A model generated the notes under the pieces. That model ran no database searches. It saw only the letters and a program-made list of their open reading frames with translations, and was not told the DNA's origin. Below are positions 19,901-27,908 of a stretch of DNA of 41,180 bases, piece by piece (within the stretch, counting starts at the first letter, position 1; every line of letters starts with the position of its first letter). This DNA comes from Candidatus Micrarchaeota archaeon (lineage in GTDB: Archaea > Micrarchaeota > Micrarchaeia > Anstonellales > Bilamarchaeaceae): the NCBI GenBank assembly GCA_029557835.1, contig JAKQHW010000067.1, forward strand, positions 1 through 41,180. Reading direction: 5' to 3'. The position numbers were made by a program, and so were the translations under genes.

Positions 19901-20227
19901 ATGCAGATATATTTCGAGAGGCGCGATGCGTTCAACCCCGACCGACCAGGAGGGGGGATAACCGGTTCGTTGATGGATGAGCGGCTTAGATCAGAAGAAG
20001 CCACCTTCAGGAGCAAGGAGCTGCAGGTTGCGCTTCTAGGGAACCGTGCGATAGACGACTTTTATGCTAACATGGACAGGAATATGGAGATTGCAAGGGA
20101 AGTGCAGGAAAGGATAGATGCCGAATCCAGAAGGAGGCGGGCTGCTGAAAGCGCAGGCAGCCCGGAAGGGGGCGCGGCTTCTGAGTCGAGAGACCAGGGC
20201 GAGGGTCGCGGGCCTCCAGCCCCGTGA
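16952..20227 (+). CDS. Large membrane protein: signal peptide, Cys-rich ectodomain, TM helix, long Ala/Gly-rich helical tail
   Basis: MKAVLLAVAVLFAAAF signal (an in-frame GTG at 16937 is an alternative start); TM FTLCFPVLAIFGLLGAAMYASG followed by RDPFAMFSFYTPR; second hydrophobic segment VGVGVGTAFMALLGIFLRF. Confidence 0.75.
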   Translation: MKAVLLAVAVLFAAAFTLGPDIGGGIVRPEGIPTATGISGPDIGIIGGYPMLFPSGACPSCSVFTDRPFIASSINEDEKTIYSSMGVITPSGVSPVEDATLFVYLVKPDGTVSKRCRAYTSDKGEISYSYGSLCDDGCTIKVLFCCSDPVELACVLSSCLGEPIGSHLEFPPCDGYDAGGWPEKAVVGGQAMQLYPTVDEVFIPPRLVPEGLGFTFTLCFPVLAIFGLLGAAMYASGRDPFAMFSFYTPRFTRGAEKPIAGKGYTLPGSSLGMLATRVADLAKDAGGTAQQFVDMMKKSPLLEKTSGRVGMAAGSGRGSAGQDQGMTAGEARAMGMPVVGGFGSGAPQSVMRGSGDAVGVGVGTAFMALLGIFLRFSNAPWLTGGLATAVNGLVSEWQAERLAGFAGTAEKIMETMKPTFNQRGELVRIEYTDPETGERVTISGKEKCAEFVRLNLVEPTMAMYSANAEKAIGMMAQLNELTVAQSPVRGCRDMLAAESGREGISEEAKAALRIISDSNATNAQRRDAFEALAGMDWSGRPDVLLNALAAVGAGMSYSQFSHFLQGSEAAMDVFRNLAADAAALKGSGDGNMLAAMSAAAGVLSMLNAGRPEGVSDTRGIAQVVAAIREGVANCGGESFAFRAGTEIVAANMAGMGLSTAALGVAIDVSGLNLTNVPPQVRAEIEKALEDGRVTVAELGNEAREAIVQIATSQLGDGAARGFSEAFGDYDQLSRQSYGIMRREMDGVFEQAREASGVSGVLGPDGELAGENRPYGLDSDKALALLGQNNIDAGIARAMVEFGLLDERREYAGNLLGIARMLEEPRPEERISAMAANNESRASGMEAHAASIDNAMAILGSPLSSEASRAWAERYLGSELQGEFYRARQTLSNPNASEDDLARARRAMELIGNGDIAGYSRLVLDDSERIRAEQPRLDAARDLLTNPTQDNALAYSQNAGQSTPADRLAPLPEQVVERLTGDTQMQIYFERRDAFNPDRPGGGITGSLMDERLRSEEATFRSKELQVALLGNRAIDDFYANMDRNMEIAREVQERIDAESRRRRAAESAGSPEGGAASESRDQGEGRGPPAP

Positions 20228-20236
20228 GGCTTGCAT

Positions 20237-20545
20237 ATGCCTGAAACCCGCCCGCTCAAAAGGCTCAGGAGGCACCTCTCCATAGAGAATTTGTGGCTTT
20301 ATATTTTGTCATTAATCAGGAGGAAGGAATGCTATGCATACACCCTCCCGGAAATGATTGAGAAGGAATACGGGTTCAGGCCCAGCAGGGTGATGGTGTA
20401 TATCGTATTGCACATGCTCGAGGGGGAGGGGCTGATCAAAGGCGAGCAGAAGGAGAGGAGGAAGTATTACCGGCTCACGGAAAAAGGGAAAAACACCCTG
20501 GAAGAGGCGAAAACGGAGCTGAAATCCCTCTCAGGAAAACTATGA
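20237..20545 (+). CDS. PadR-family winged-helix transcriptional regulator
   Basis: LYILSLIRRKECYAY, VYIVLHMLEGEGLI, RRKYYRLTEKGK..L pattern; ATG 9 nt after the previous stop. Confidence 0.9.
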   Translation: MPETRPLKRLRRHLSIENLWLYILSLIRRKECYAYTLPEMIEKEYGFRPSRVMVYIVLHMLEGEGLIKGEQKERRKYYRLTEKGKNTLEEAKTELKSLSGKL

Positions 20546-21568
20546 GATGCGGAAGCGGAGCAGGGCCGCAATCCCGCCGAACCCCTTCAGTTTGTGGGAG
20601 GAATCCCCCTTGGAGGAAAAGAAGACTATTTCCGCGCGCCTGTTCTCCGCGTCCTCGGTCATCCTCTCTATTTCCTTGTCCCTGCGCAGGGACTCGTCCA
20701 AAACTAGGAGGGTCTCAACCGCGCCGGAGGAGACCGCGTCCGCGACCTCCTTTTTCCCGTAGGAAACGAGCCCGTCCCCCTTGTTCACGTGCATCATGAA
20801 CTTCTCGAACAGGTTCTCCTCCCTCTCCATCTGCGCCTCCCCGGCTATCTTCTCCACAACCCCCTTCTTCAGGAGCTCGCTCACCCCGCTCCTCTCCGCA
20901 TACGAGCAGCTCTCGAACACAATCCGTTGGAGGAGGGGCGGGTCCTTTTTCTGGATGAAGGACTTGAGCCCGTCCTTGGCGAAGCCCGGGCCGGCGACTA
21001 TGAACTTTTCCTTGGAGGAGGAGACGTATGCTGCGACCTCCCCGTAATACTGGGAAAGCTTCTTCTCGTAATCCTCGCCCCTCTTGCTCCCGGAAAACCA
21101 GAACACCGGGCCGTAGTCTATCCCGTAGCCGCGCAGTATCGCGGTGAGCGCCTTCTCCTCGTCCATCACGATTATGCGGAGGGTGGGGCGGGAGGTCTCC
21201 TTCACCGCCTTCTCCAGCCTCGAAATCTCGAAATTCTTCCAGTCCTTTATGACCTTGACCGTGTCCCCGGGCTCCAGGTCGAAAGTGTGGTGCCTGCCCT
21301 TCTGCACGAACTCCTCGGGGTTGCCCGCGAGTATCACCCCTCCTATGCGCAGGCGGTTTGCCGTTTCCGCGAACTCCACTCCCTCCACCCGGAGGGTGAT
21401 GGACACGGGCTTCCTCTCCTCCTTGTCCCCGAATTTGACGCTCCGGTAGGTCCTGGCTTCCACTACGTCGCCCCCGCGCAGGACCCTCTCGATGTGCCAG
21501 AGGTCCTCCAGGCGCTGGAGCATGAGCTTGAGCTCGCCGTTGCGCAAATCCCTGTGGACTATCCTCAT
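20540..21568 (-). CDS. pelA: mRNA surveillance/ribosome rescue factor Pelota (Dom34)
   Basis: EDLWHI..V...GDVV.ART.R, RLRIGGVI, GRHHTFD, IVAGPGFAK, LKGFGGIAALLRF. Confidence 0.95.
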   Translation of the reverse strand: MRIVHRDLRNGELKLMLQRLEDLWHIERVLRGGDVVEARTYRSVKFGDKEERKPVSITLRVEGVEFAETANRLRIGGVILAGNPEEFVQKGRHHTFDLEPGDTVKVIKDWKNFEISRLEKAVKETSRPTLRIIVMDEEKALTAILRGYGIDYGPVFWFSGSKRGEDYEKKLSQYYGEVAAYVSSSKEKFIVAGPGFAKDGLKSFIQKKDPPLLQRIVFESCSYAERSGVSELLKKGVVEKIAGEAQMEREENLFEKFMMHVNKGDGLVSYGKKEVADAVSSGAVETLLVLDESLRRDKEIERMTEDAENRRAEIVFFSSKGDSSHKLKGFGGIAALLRFRIS

Positions 21569-21610
21569 ATGGAAAATAATGGATTGCTGAGGTTTAAAAT
21601 AAGATGCGGC

Positions 21611-23089
21611 TCATTTCCAGAGCTTGAGCCTTCTCTTCAGCTCCTGCCATAGCATCTGCAGGTACTGGAAGCCCTGCCTTGCCTTCTCCGAAAGGAGGAC
21701 GAATTTCCTTAGGCGGGAGCGCCTCGCCTTGACGGGCAGGAGCTTCCCCTTGTTCCGCCCTTTTTTCTCAAGCTCCACGAACGCGTCATAGGAGACCTTT
21801 GCGGGTATTTCGGAGCCGTTGCGCGAAAAGGAGCCCTTGCGGAGCACCTGCACGAATTCGGAGGAGGCGAAGTCCCTCTTCGCGAAGGCCTCCCGGGCGC
21901 GCCCCTTGTTCTTCTCGTCGAAGTGGATTACAAGCCTTCCGTAGGAGAGGGGGCTGGGCATCCTCCAGTACCAGGGTACGCCCGCATAAGCGTGGGTGTC
22001 GTGGTCGAAGTAGCTCCTCTTCTCGAAGGTGTGCCTGCAGTAGAGGGCGAACGCGTAGCTGATGTTGTTCTGGGTCATTTTCGCGTTGGTGCCCACATAA
22101 TCTGAGACGATGCGCCTGAAGAACTCCTCGGAAATGAGCCGGCCGGAAAAAGAGACGGGCTTGTTCGAGAAGGTGGGGTTGTATATCGCGACCATGTCCG
22201 CGTATTTCTTCACGAAATCCAAAACCCAACGGAGGGACTCGCCCGCATCCAGCTCGTTGAGCAGCCCCATGCTCAGCATCCCGGCACCAAGGTTTGTTTC
22301 CCCGTAGGGGTGCGCCACCCCGAGGGCGAGCTCGCCCCTCGCTCGCATCTCGCCTATCCTGTCAAGCACCTTTTTCCTCTCCATCACCGGGGCCATGCCC
22401 GGGAACTGGCGGACGAGCCTGTCCGCCATTATCCTATAGAAGGATTCCGCGGCGGCCAAATCCTTAAAATATATATTTAAGTGCGGGCCGTTCGAGCTGT
22501 CCGGGTTCCTGCGCGGGAGCGTGAGCTCTATTGACGGGATTTTGAGGATGCCGCATGTCCCCTCCAAATCCGATATCTGGCGGATGTGCCTTGGGATTAT
22601 ATGGTTGTGGTAGCCGGTCGCGTCTATATCGTAATGGTAAAGGAGCATCTCTCGGATTACGTCTCTCCTTCTGGAAACACCGTCGTCCCTCCCCTCGTTC
22701 TCCCCCCAGTGGCCGTGCGCTACAACGAAACGGGTGTTCGGGTCCTTAGACTTCTGGACCATCGCAACCTCCTCCTTGACATCATTTGCCCATGCATCGT
22801 TTACCCGGAAAGAAGTGCGTAGGCACATGAGCTCCTTCTTTGAGAGGGCGCGGCCACCCTCGCCCTTGGACGGGTCGGTGAAGAAAACTTTCGTCCTTCC
22901 GAAAATTGAGGTTTTGACGAAGACGCAGAAATTGGAATTGGGTGAATTAAGGCCGCGGTTGAGGATTATCTCGCCGCGGTTGCATATGCGGGGGTCGTCT
23001 ATAATTCCGAAGCCGATGCGCTGGAGCTCGTTTACCAGCTTCTGCCTCCTTTCAATCCCCCTCTGCTGGAGGGAGCGGAATATTCCCAC
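21611..23089 (-). CDS. PHP-family metal-dependent phosphoesterase with basic N-terminal extension
   Basis: PHP metal ligands in order: AHGHW, TGYHNH, IPSIELT, GPHLNIY, AHPY, DHDTH. GTG start at 23089 with GGTGG RBS and TTATATAT upstream. Confidence 0.65.
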   Translation of the reverse strand: MGIFRSLQQRGIERRQKLVNELQRIGFGIIDDPRICNRGEIILNRGLNSPNSNFCVFVKTSIFGRTKVFFTDPSKGEGGRALSKKELMCLRTSFRVNDAWANDVKEEVAMVQKSKDPNTRFVVAHGHWGENEGRDDGVSRRRDVIREMLLYHYDIDATGYHNHIIPRHIRQISDLEGTCGILKIPSIELTLPRRNPDSSNGPHLNIYFKDLAAAESFYRIMADRLVRQFPGMAPVMERKKVLDRIGEMRARGELALGVAHPYGETNLGAGMLSMGLLNELDAGESLRWVLDFVKKYADMVAIYNPTFSNKPVSFSGRLISEEFFRRIVSDYVGTNAKMTQNNISYAFALYCRHTFEKRSYFDHDTHAYAGVPWYWRMPSPLSYGRLVIHFDEKNKGRAREAFAKRDFASSEFVQVLRKGSFSRNGSEIPAKVSYDAFVELEKKGRNKGKLLPVKARRSRLRKFVLLSEKARQGFQYLQMLWQELKRRLKLWK

Positions 23090-23145
23090 ATGCCCACCAA
23101 CATATATAAGTGTGTGGTAATCAATAAAAACAGATGGCGGGGATG

Positions 23146-23637
23146 CTAGGGCCCGGAAAGCTTGGCCCACATCTCCTTCTTCCTTTTTTCCGGGATGCCC
23201 TTGTCCCCCTTGAAAAATTTGAGGAAGAATTCCTGGAGGAGCCCGTTTGTGCGCTTCGCGTCCTTCTTCCTGGCCCGCTTCATGTGCATCCCGGCGTCAG
23301 GGCTGTCCAGGAAAACCAGGCATACCGCGAGCAGGAACAGGGAGTCGGCGTCCTCCTTGAGGTCCAGGGCGGCCTGAAGGTCCTCCAGGGCTTCCTCGAA
23401 TTCGAAGGATTCCATGTGCACGGATGCCTTTGCGCGGTGGTATTTGGGGTCGGGCTTCACGTATAGGGCGCGCTCGAAGCACTCCAAGGCATGATTTTTC
23501 TGGCCGTCGTGCTGGGCCGCCATCCCGAGCATGAACCAGGCCTCCGGGTCGAGCTTGTCCTTCCTGAGCATCTCCTTTGCGCGGGCCCTCATCTCCCTTA
23601 TTCTGCCTGCGCGCAGGAGGGCGAGGCTCACTTCCAT
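23146..23637 (-). CDS. Tetratricopeptide repeat protein
   Basis: PEAWFMLGMAA..ALECFERALYVKP, YHRAKASVH..EEALEDLQAALDL TPR consensus. Confidence 0.85.
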   Translation of the reverse strand: MEVSLALLRAGRIREMRARAKEMLRKDKLDPEAWFMLGMAAQHDGQKNHALECFERALYVKPDPKYHRAKASVHMESFEFEEALEDLQAALDLKEDADSLFLLAVCLVFLDSPDAGMHMKRARKKDAKRTNGLLQEFFLKFFKGDKGIPEKRKKEMWAKLSGP

Positions 23638-23659
23638 GGGTGCATATCCCCATCATGGA

Positions 23660-23666
23660 TTTAAAA
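23660..23666. promoter_or_regulatory. Bidirectional TATA box (TPR gene / tRNA-Gln)
   Basis: TTTAAAA, 22 nt from the TPR ATG (-) and 26 nt from the tRNA 5' end (+). Confidence 0.55.
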
Positions 23667-23692
23667 CCGTTGTTGCGGCTATATGTATGCCT

Positions 23693-23765
23693 AGCCCCGT
23701 CGTCTAGCGGCCTAGGATAGCGGGCTTTGGACCCGTTGACACCGGTTCAAATCCGGTCGGGGCTA
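23693..23765 (+). tRNA. tRNA-Gln (UUG), no intron, CCA not encoded
   Basis: Acceptor AGCCCCG/CGGGGCT (archaeal Gln A1-U72); anticodon arm GCGGG-CT-TTG-GA-CCCGT; T-arm ACCGG-TTCAAAT-CCGGT. Confidence 0.95.
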
Positions 23766-23803
23766 AAACAGGGGAGGTTTTATAAAGCCTTTCCGAGTAA
23801 TAT

Positions 23804-24139
23804 ATGTGTGAGAAAATGGTTATGAAAGCAAAGGAGGCGCCCAGAACCGAGGATGCCTCCGGGATATTGCAGTCCGTTCCGGTACAGACGGCAGCAGGGG
23901 CCATGGTCCCGGTTAGGGCAGACGCGCTATCCCATTCCGCTTATACGATAAGCAGGCTGAGGGACAGCGTGGCGAGGGTGGAGGCGGCGCACAGCCATTT
24001 TCCGGACGCTTATTCCGCCGCGGCGCATGCGCACGCGGTTGGGAAGTGGGAGGCGCTCCCGATGAACTCCAACCACGGGTCGGAGAGGCACCACCACAAC
24101 GGCCGGCTTTTTGAGAAGCTAAACTCAATTCTTGAATAG
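23804..24139 (+). CDS. Small hypothetical protein (Ala/His-rich)
   Basis: Fills the gap between tRNA-Gln and guaA, preceded by TTTATAAA (~23779-23786); exact start uncertain. Confidence 0.5.
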   Translation: MCEKMVMKAKEAPRTEDASGILQSVPVQTAAGAMVPVRADALSHSAYTISRLRDSVARVEAAHSHFPDAYSAAAHAHAVGKWEALPMNSNHGSERHHHNGRLFEKLNSILE

Positions 24140-25096
24140 TCATTCCATCTCGATTGTCGAAGGCGGCTTGTTGGTTATGTCGTAGGTGACCCTCCCCACC
24201 CCCCGCACCTCGTTGGTTATGCGGGTGGAGATGGAGGAAAGGACATCGTGCGGGATGAGAGAGAAATTGGCGGTCATCCCGTCCAGGCTCCCTACCGCGC
24301 GCACGACCACCGTGTATTTGTATATCCTTTCGTCCCCGGCGACGCCAACGGTCTTGGATGGGAGGACAGCGGCGAAATACTGCCAGGGGCGCTCCATCCT
24401 CCCGGAAGCGGAGGCGTTGTCTATCTCCTCCTCCACGATTGCGCATGCGTCCCGAACTATCTCGAGCTTCTCGCGGGAGATTTCGCCGACTATGCGCACC
24501 GCGAGGCCTGGGCCCGGGAAGGGCTGCCTCTCGAACACGTGCCTTGGGAGGCCCAGTTCCTTCCCAAGCATGCGCACCTCGTGCTTGTAAAGCTCGCGCA
24601 GGGGCTCGCATAATCTCAATTCGATGTTTTCCGGGAGGCCGCCCACATTATGATGGGATTTTATCGTCTGGCGGCCGCCGCCCCCGCTCTCTATCCAGTC
24701 AGGGGCGATGGTGCCCTGTATCAGGACCTTAACCCTCTCCTTCTTCGCGGCCTCCTCGAAAACGCGGATGAACTGCTCCCCGATTATCTTCCTCTTCTGC
24801 TCGGGGTCGGAGACGCCCTCAAGCTTTTTTATGAAGCGCTCGCTCTCCTCAACCACCTTGAGGGGTATGCCCGCCTTTCTGGCGGCCTCCTCCACATTTT
24901 TTGTCTCGTTCTTGCGCATGAAGCCGGTGTCAACGAATATGCAGGCGAGCTGGGAGGGGACCGCGCGCGCCGCGAGGGCCGCGGCGACCATGGAATCCAC
25001 CCCCCCGGAAACCGCGATTATGCAGCGGTCCGAGCCCACCGATTTCTTTATGTCCTCCACCGCTCCGGGGATGAATTTTGAAGGGCTGAATGCCAT
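24140..25096 (-). CDS. guaAB: GMP synthase subunit B (ATP pyrophosphatase)
   Basis: PP-loop SGGVDS, FVDTGFMRKNE, DPEQKRKIIG, QGTIAPDWIES, IKSHHNVGGLP, RQPFPGPGLAVR, YDITNKPPSTIE. Confidence 0.97.
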   Translation of the reverse strand: MAFSPSKFIPGAVEDIKKSVGSDRCIIAVSGGVDSMVAAALAARAVPSQLACIFVDTGFMRKNETKNVEEAARKAGIPLKVVEESERFIKKLEGVSDPEQKRKIIGEQFIRVFEEAAKKERVKVLIQGTIAPDWIESGGGGRQTIKSHHNVGGLPENIELRLCEPLRELYKHEVRMLGKELGLPRHVFERQPFPGPGLAVRIVGEISREKLEIVRDACAIVEEEIDNASASGRMERPWQYFAAVLPSKTVGVAGDERIYKYTVVVRAVGSLDGMTANFSLIPHDVLSSISTRITNEVRGVGRVTYDITNKPPSTIEME

Positions 25097-25116
25097 GGTG
25101 GGGTTTGTGCGGCGGA

Positions 25117-25127
25117 TTTTAAATAAA
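25117..25127. promoter_or_regulatory. Shared TATA region for divergent guaAB and EndoQ genes
   Basis: TTTTAAATAAA centred in a 50-nt spacer, about 20 nt from each ATG. Confidence 0.55.
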
Positions 25128-25146
25128 TAGGGGTTGAAAAACGGGC

Positions 25147-26376
25147 ATGCGCATAATTGCGGACCTGCACCTCCACTCGAAATACTCCCGGGCTACGAGC
25201 GGCAGCTCGGACCTGGAGGGGCTCGCTGAATGGGCGCAGACGAAGGGAATAGGGCTGCTTGGGACAGCTGACTTCACGCACCCGGGATGGTTCGGGGGGC
25301 TGGGCAGGCGGCTTGAGGATGAAGGGGAGGGAATTTTCTCCTTCAGGAACGTGAAATTTCTGCTGAGCACGGAGGTCAGCAACATATTCTACAGGGGCAA
25401 TGTGAACAAGAAGGTGCATAATGTCATTTTTGCGCCTTCGCTGGAGATTGTGAAGCAGATAAGCGAGGCGCTCGGGAAATACGGGAAGCTGGAGGAGGAC
25501 GGGAGGCCCACGTTGAACCTGGACATAATCGAGATGGTAGGCATACTGAGAGGGATATCCAGGGAGATCTATGTCGTGCCCGCGCACGCGTGGACGCCAT
25601 GGTTCGGGGTGTTCGGGTCCAAATCCGGCTTTGATTCGCTGAAGGAGGCGTTCGGGGAATACGAGAAGGACATATTTGCGATTGAGACCGGGCTGTCTTC
25701 GGACCCCGGGATGAACTGGATGCTGAGCTCGCTGGATGGGATTTCGCTCATTTCGAATTCGGACTGCCATTCCCCGCAGAAATTGGGGAGGGAGGCGAAT
25801 GTTTTCGAATTGGAGAGGATGACGTACCGCACTGTGATGGATGCAATAAGGACTCGGAAGGGATTTGTCAAGACATATGAGTTTTATCCTGAGGAGGGGA
25901 AATACCACTGGGACGGGCACAGGGGCTGCGGGGTTTGCCTTTCCCCGGAAGAGTCCATCAGGATGGGGGACTTGTGCCCGGTCTGCAAGAGGAAATTGAC
26001 GGTGGGCGTGCTGCACAGGGTGGAGAAGCTCGCGGACAGGAAGGAGGGGGCGATGCCGGCGGGCGCGGTTCCTTTTACCCGGCTTATCCCGCTTATGGAA
26101 ATAATCGCTTCGGTGCGGGATGCGGGCGTGAATACGAAGGGGGTGCAGGAGGAGTACTTCAGGATTGTGAATTACTTCGGGAACGAGTTTGCAGCCCTGG
26201 AGGCGCCTGAGGAAAACCTGGTTTTGGCTTCGGACAAGGTGCTTGCAAAAGCAATAGTAAAGGCGAGGGAAGGGCAGGTTTACTGGAGGCCTGGCTACGA
26301 CGGGGAATTCGGGAAGATGAGCTGGGAGAAGCCCAAAGAAGACCCGAAGAGCCAGAAGAGCCTGATGGATTTCTGA
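25147..26376 (+). CDS. endoQ: Endonuclease Q family protein (PHP + Zn finger; deaminated-base repair)
   Basis: DLHLHSKYSRATS, GTADFTHP, PAHAWTPW, IETGLSSDP, NSDCHS, GKYHWDGHRGC..CPVC, GVLHRVEKLADR, PGYDGEFG. Confidence 0.88.
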   Translation: MRIIADLHLHSKYSRATSGSSDLEGLAEWAQTKGIGLLGTADFTHPGWFGGLGRRLEDEGEGIFSFRNVKFLLSTEVSNIFYRGNVNKKVHNVIFAPSLEIVKQISEALGKYGKLEEDGRPTLNLDIIEMVGILRGISREIYVVPAHAWTPWFGVFGSKSGFDSLKEAFGEYEKDIFAIETGLSSDPGMNWMLSSLDGISLISNSDCHSPQKLGREANVFELERMTYRTVMDAIRTRKGFVKTYEFYPEEGKYHWDGHRGCGVCLSPEESIRMGDLCPVCKRKLTVGVLHRVEKLADRKEGAMPAGAVPFTRLIPLMEIIASVRDAGVNTKGVQEEYFRIVNYFGNEFAALEAPEENLVLASDKVLAKAIVKAREGQVYWRPGYDGEFGKMSWEKPKEDPKSQKSLMDF

Positions 26377-26417
26377 AGCCATCCTCTTTTTTAATCGTTT
26401 TTGAACAAATTTAGCCC

Positions 26418-27908
26418 ATGGAACTCCACGAGAGAATATACGAATTGGCGCTCACAAGGTCATTCTTTTACCCATCAAATGAGATTTACGGGCAGGTGTC
26501 CGGGTTCTATGATTACGGGCCCACCGGCTGGCAGGTGAAGAGGAGGCTGCAGGAGCTATGGAGGAGGATGTTCCTGCAGGAGGGCGGGCACCTGGAGGTT
26601 GAATCTTCCATCGTCACGCCCGAGATTGTGCTGAAGGCGAGCGGGCACGTGGAGGAGTTCACCGACCCGGTTGTGGAGTGCATGCAGTGCCACTCGAAGA
26701 TTAGGGCGGACCACCTGGTTGAGTCAAAAATGGAGTTCAAGTGGGACGGGAAGCTGGAGACAATCACCGCGAAGGTTAGGGATAACGATATAAAATGCCC
26801 CTCGTGCGGAGGGAAGGTTTCGGATGCGTTTTTCTCCAATTTGATGTTCAGGACCGGGATAGGGGCGGACCAGGAGACGGCTTATCTTAGGCCGGAGACC
26901 GCCCAGGGGATATTCACCTCTTTTCCACGCGTGTTCAGGAACCACGGGGCGAAGCTGCCCCTTGCGGTGGGGCAGATAGGGAAGAGCTTCAGGAACGAGA
27001 TTTCGCCGAGGAGGGGGCTCGTGCGCATGCGGGAGTTCACGCAGATGGAATTGGAATATTTCTTCAACCCCAAAATGCCGACTATTGAGGGATTTGGGAA
27101 GGTGCGGAAGGAGAAAGTGAGGCTGCTCACGCGGGAGGCGCAGGCGGAGGGCGGGGCGCCGCAGTGGGTTTCCGCTGAGGGGATGGTGGAAAAAGGGATA
27201 GCGAACGAGATAATGGCGTATTACCTTGTGAAGGAGTGGGAATACTATACGGTTGCGGGGCTGAACCCGGAGGGGATGTGGTTCAGGCACCTGAGGGAGG
27301 AGGAAACGCCGCATTACTCGCAGAGCAACGTGGATTTGGAAGTGGAGACGTCGCACGGGATGGTCGAGATTGCGGGGAATGCGTATAGGACGGATTATGA
27401 TTTGGGCAGGCACGGGGAGTATTCCAAGAAAGAGATTTCGGTCTTTTCTGAAGAGACTAAGGAGAAGGTTGTGCCGCACGTGGTGGAGGTTTCAATGGGA
27501 GTTGATAGATTGTTCTTCTGCATGCTTGAACACTCCTTCAGGGAAAAGAGCGAGGGGAAGGACTGGGAATGGTTTGATTTTTCGCCTTCTGTCGCGCCCT
27601 ATGATTTGTGTGTGTTCCCCCTGATGAAGAAGGATGGGTTGAAAGAGAAGGCGGAGGGGATTGTTGCGCTCATGAGGGAGAACGGGCTGGAGGCGTTGTT
27701 CTCGGGGAGCGGGAGCATCGGGAGGAGGTATGCGAAGGCTGATGAGATCGGGGTCCCTTATGCCGTTACGATTGATTACCAGACTTTGGAAGACGAGTCG
27801 GTCACGGTCAGGTATAGGAACGACGGGAAGCAGGAAAGGGTGGCTGTGGAGAAACTGGCGGATAAGATAAGGAAATTGAAAAGGGAAGGGAAGCTGAAGC
27901 TGGACTAA
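26418..27908 (+). CDS. glyS: Glycine--tRNA ligase (alpha2, archaeal/eukaryal type)
   Basis: LKASGHVEEFTDP, YLRPETAQGIF, GKSFRNEISPR, RMREFTQME, PHVVEVSMGVDR, GSIGRRYAKADEIG. Confidence 0.97.
   Translation: MELHERIYELALTRSFFYPSNEIYGQVSGFYDYGPTGWQVKRRLQELWRRMFLQEGGHLEVESSIVTPEIVLKASGHVEEFTDPVVECMQCHSKIRADHLVESKMEFKWDGKLETITAKVRDNDIKCPSCGGKVSDAFFSNLMFRTGIGADQETAYLRPETAQGIFTSFPRVFRNHGAKLPLAVGQIGKSFRNEISPRRGLVRMREFTQMELEYFFNPKMPTIEGFGKVRKEKVRLLTREAQAEGGAPQWVSAEGMVEKGIANEIMAYYLVKEWEYYTVAGLNPEGMWFRHLREEETPHYSQSNVDLEVETSHGMVEIAGNAYRTDYDLGRHGEYSKKEISVFSEETKEKVVPHVVEVSMGVDRLFFCMLEHSFREKSEGKDWEWFDFSPSVAPYDLCVFPLMKKDGLKEKAEGIVALMRENGLEALFSGSGSIGRRYAKADEIGVPYAVTIDYQTLEDESVTVRYRNDGKQERVAVEKLADKIRKLKREGKLKLD

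Noticed and set aside
4523-20227. Interpretation as an integrated conjugative element or provirus
   Set aside because: No integrase, relaxase, replication, capsid or terminase genes, no flanking direct repeats, and it adjoins core genes.
23090-23170. Longer start for the PHP protein
   Set aside because: It overlaps the TPR gene end and contains the TATA and RBS for GTG 23089.
24140-25096. GMP synthase lacking a glutaminase domain, a possible pseudogene
   Set aside because: Split GuaA subunits are normal in archaea.
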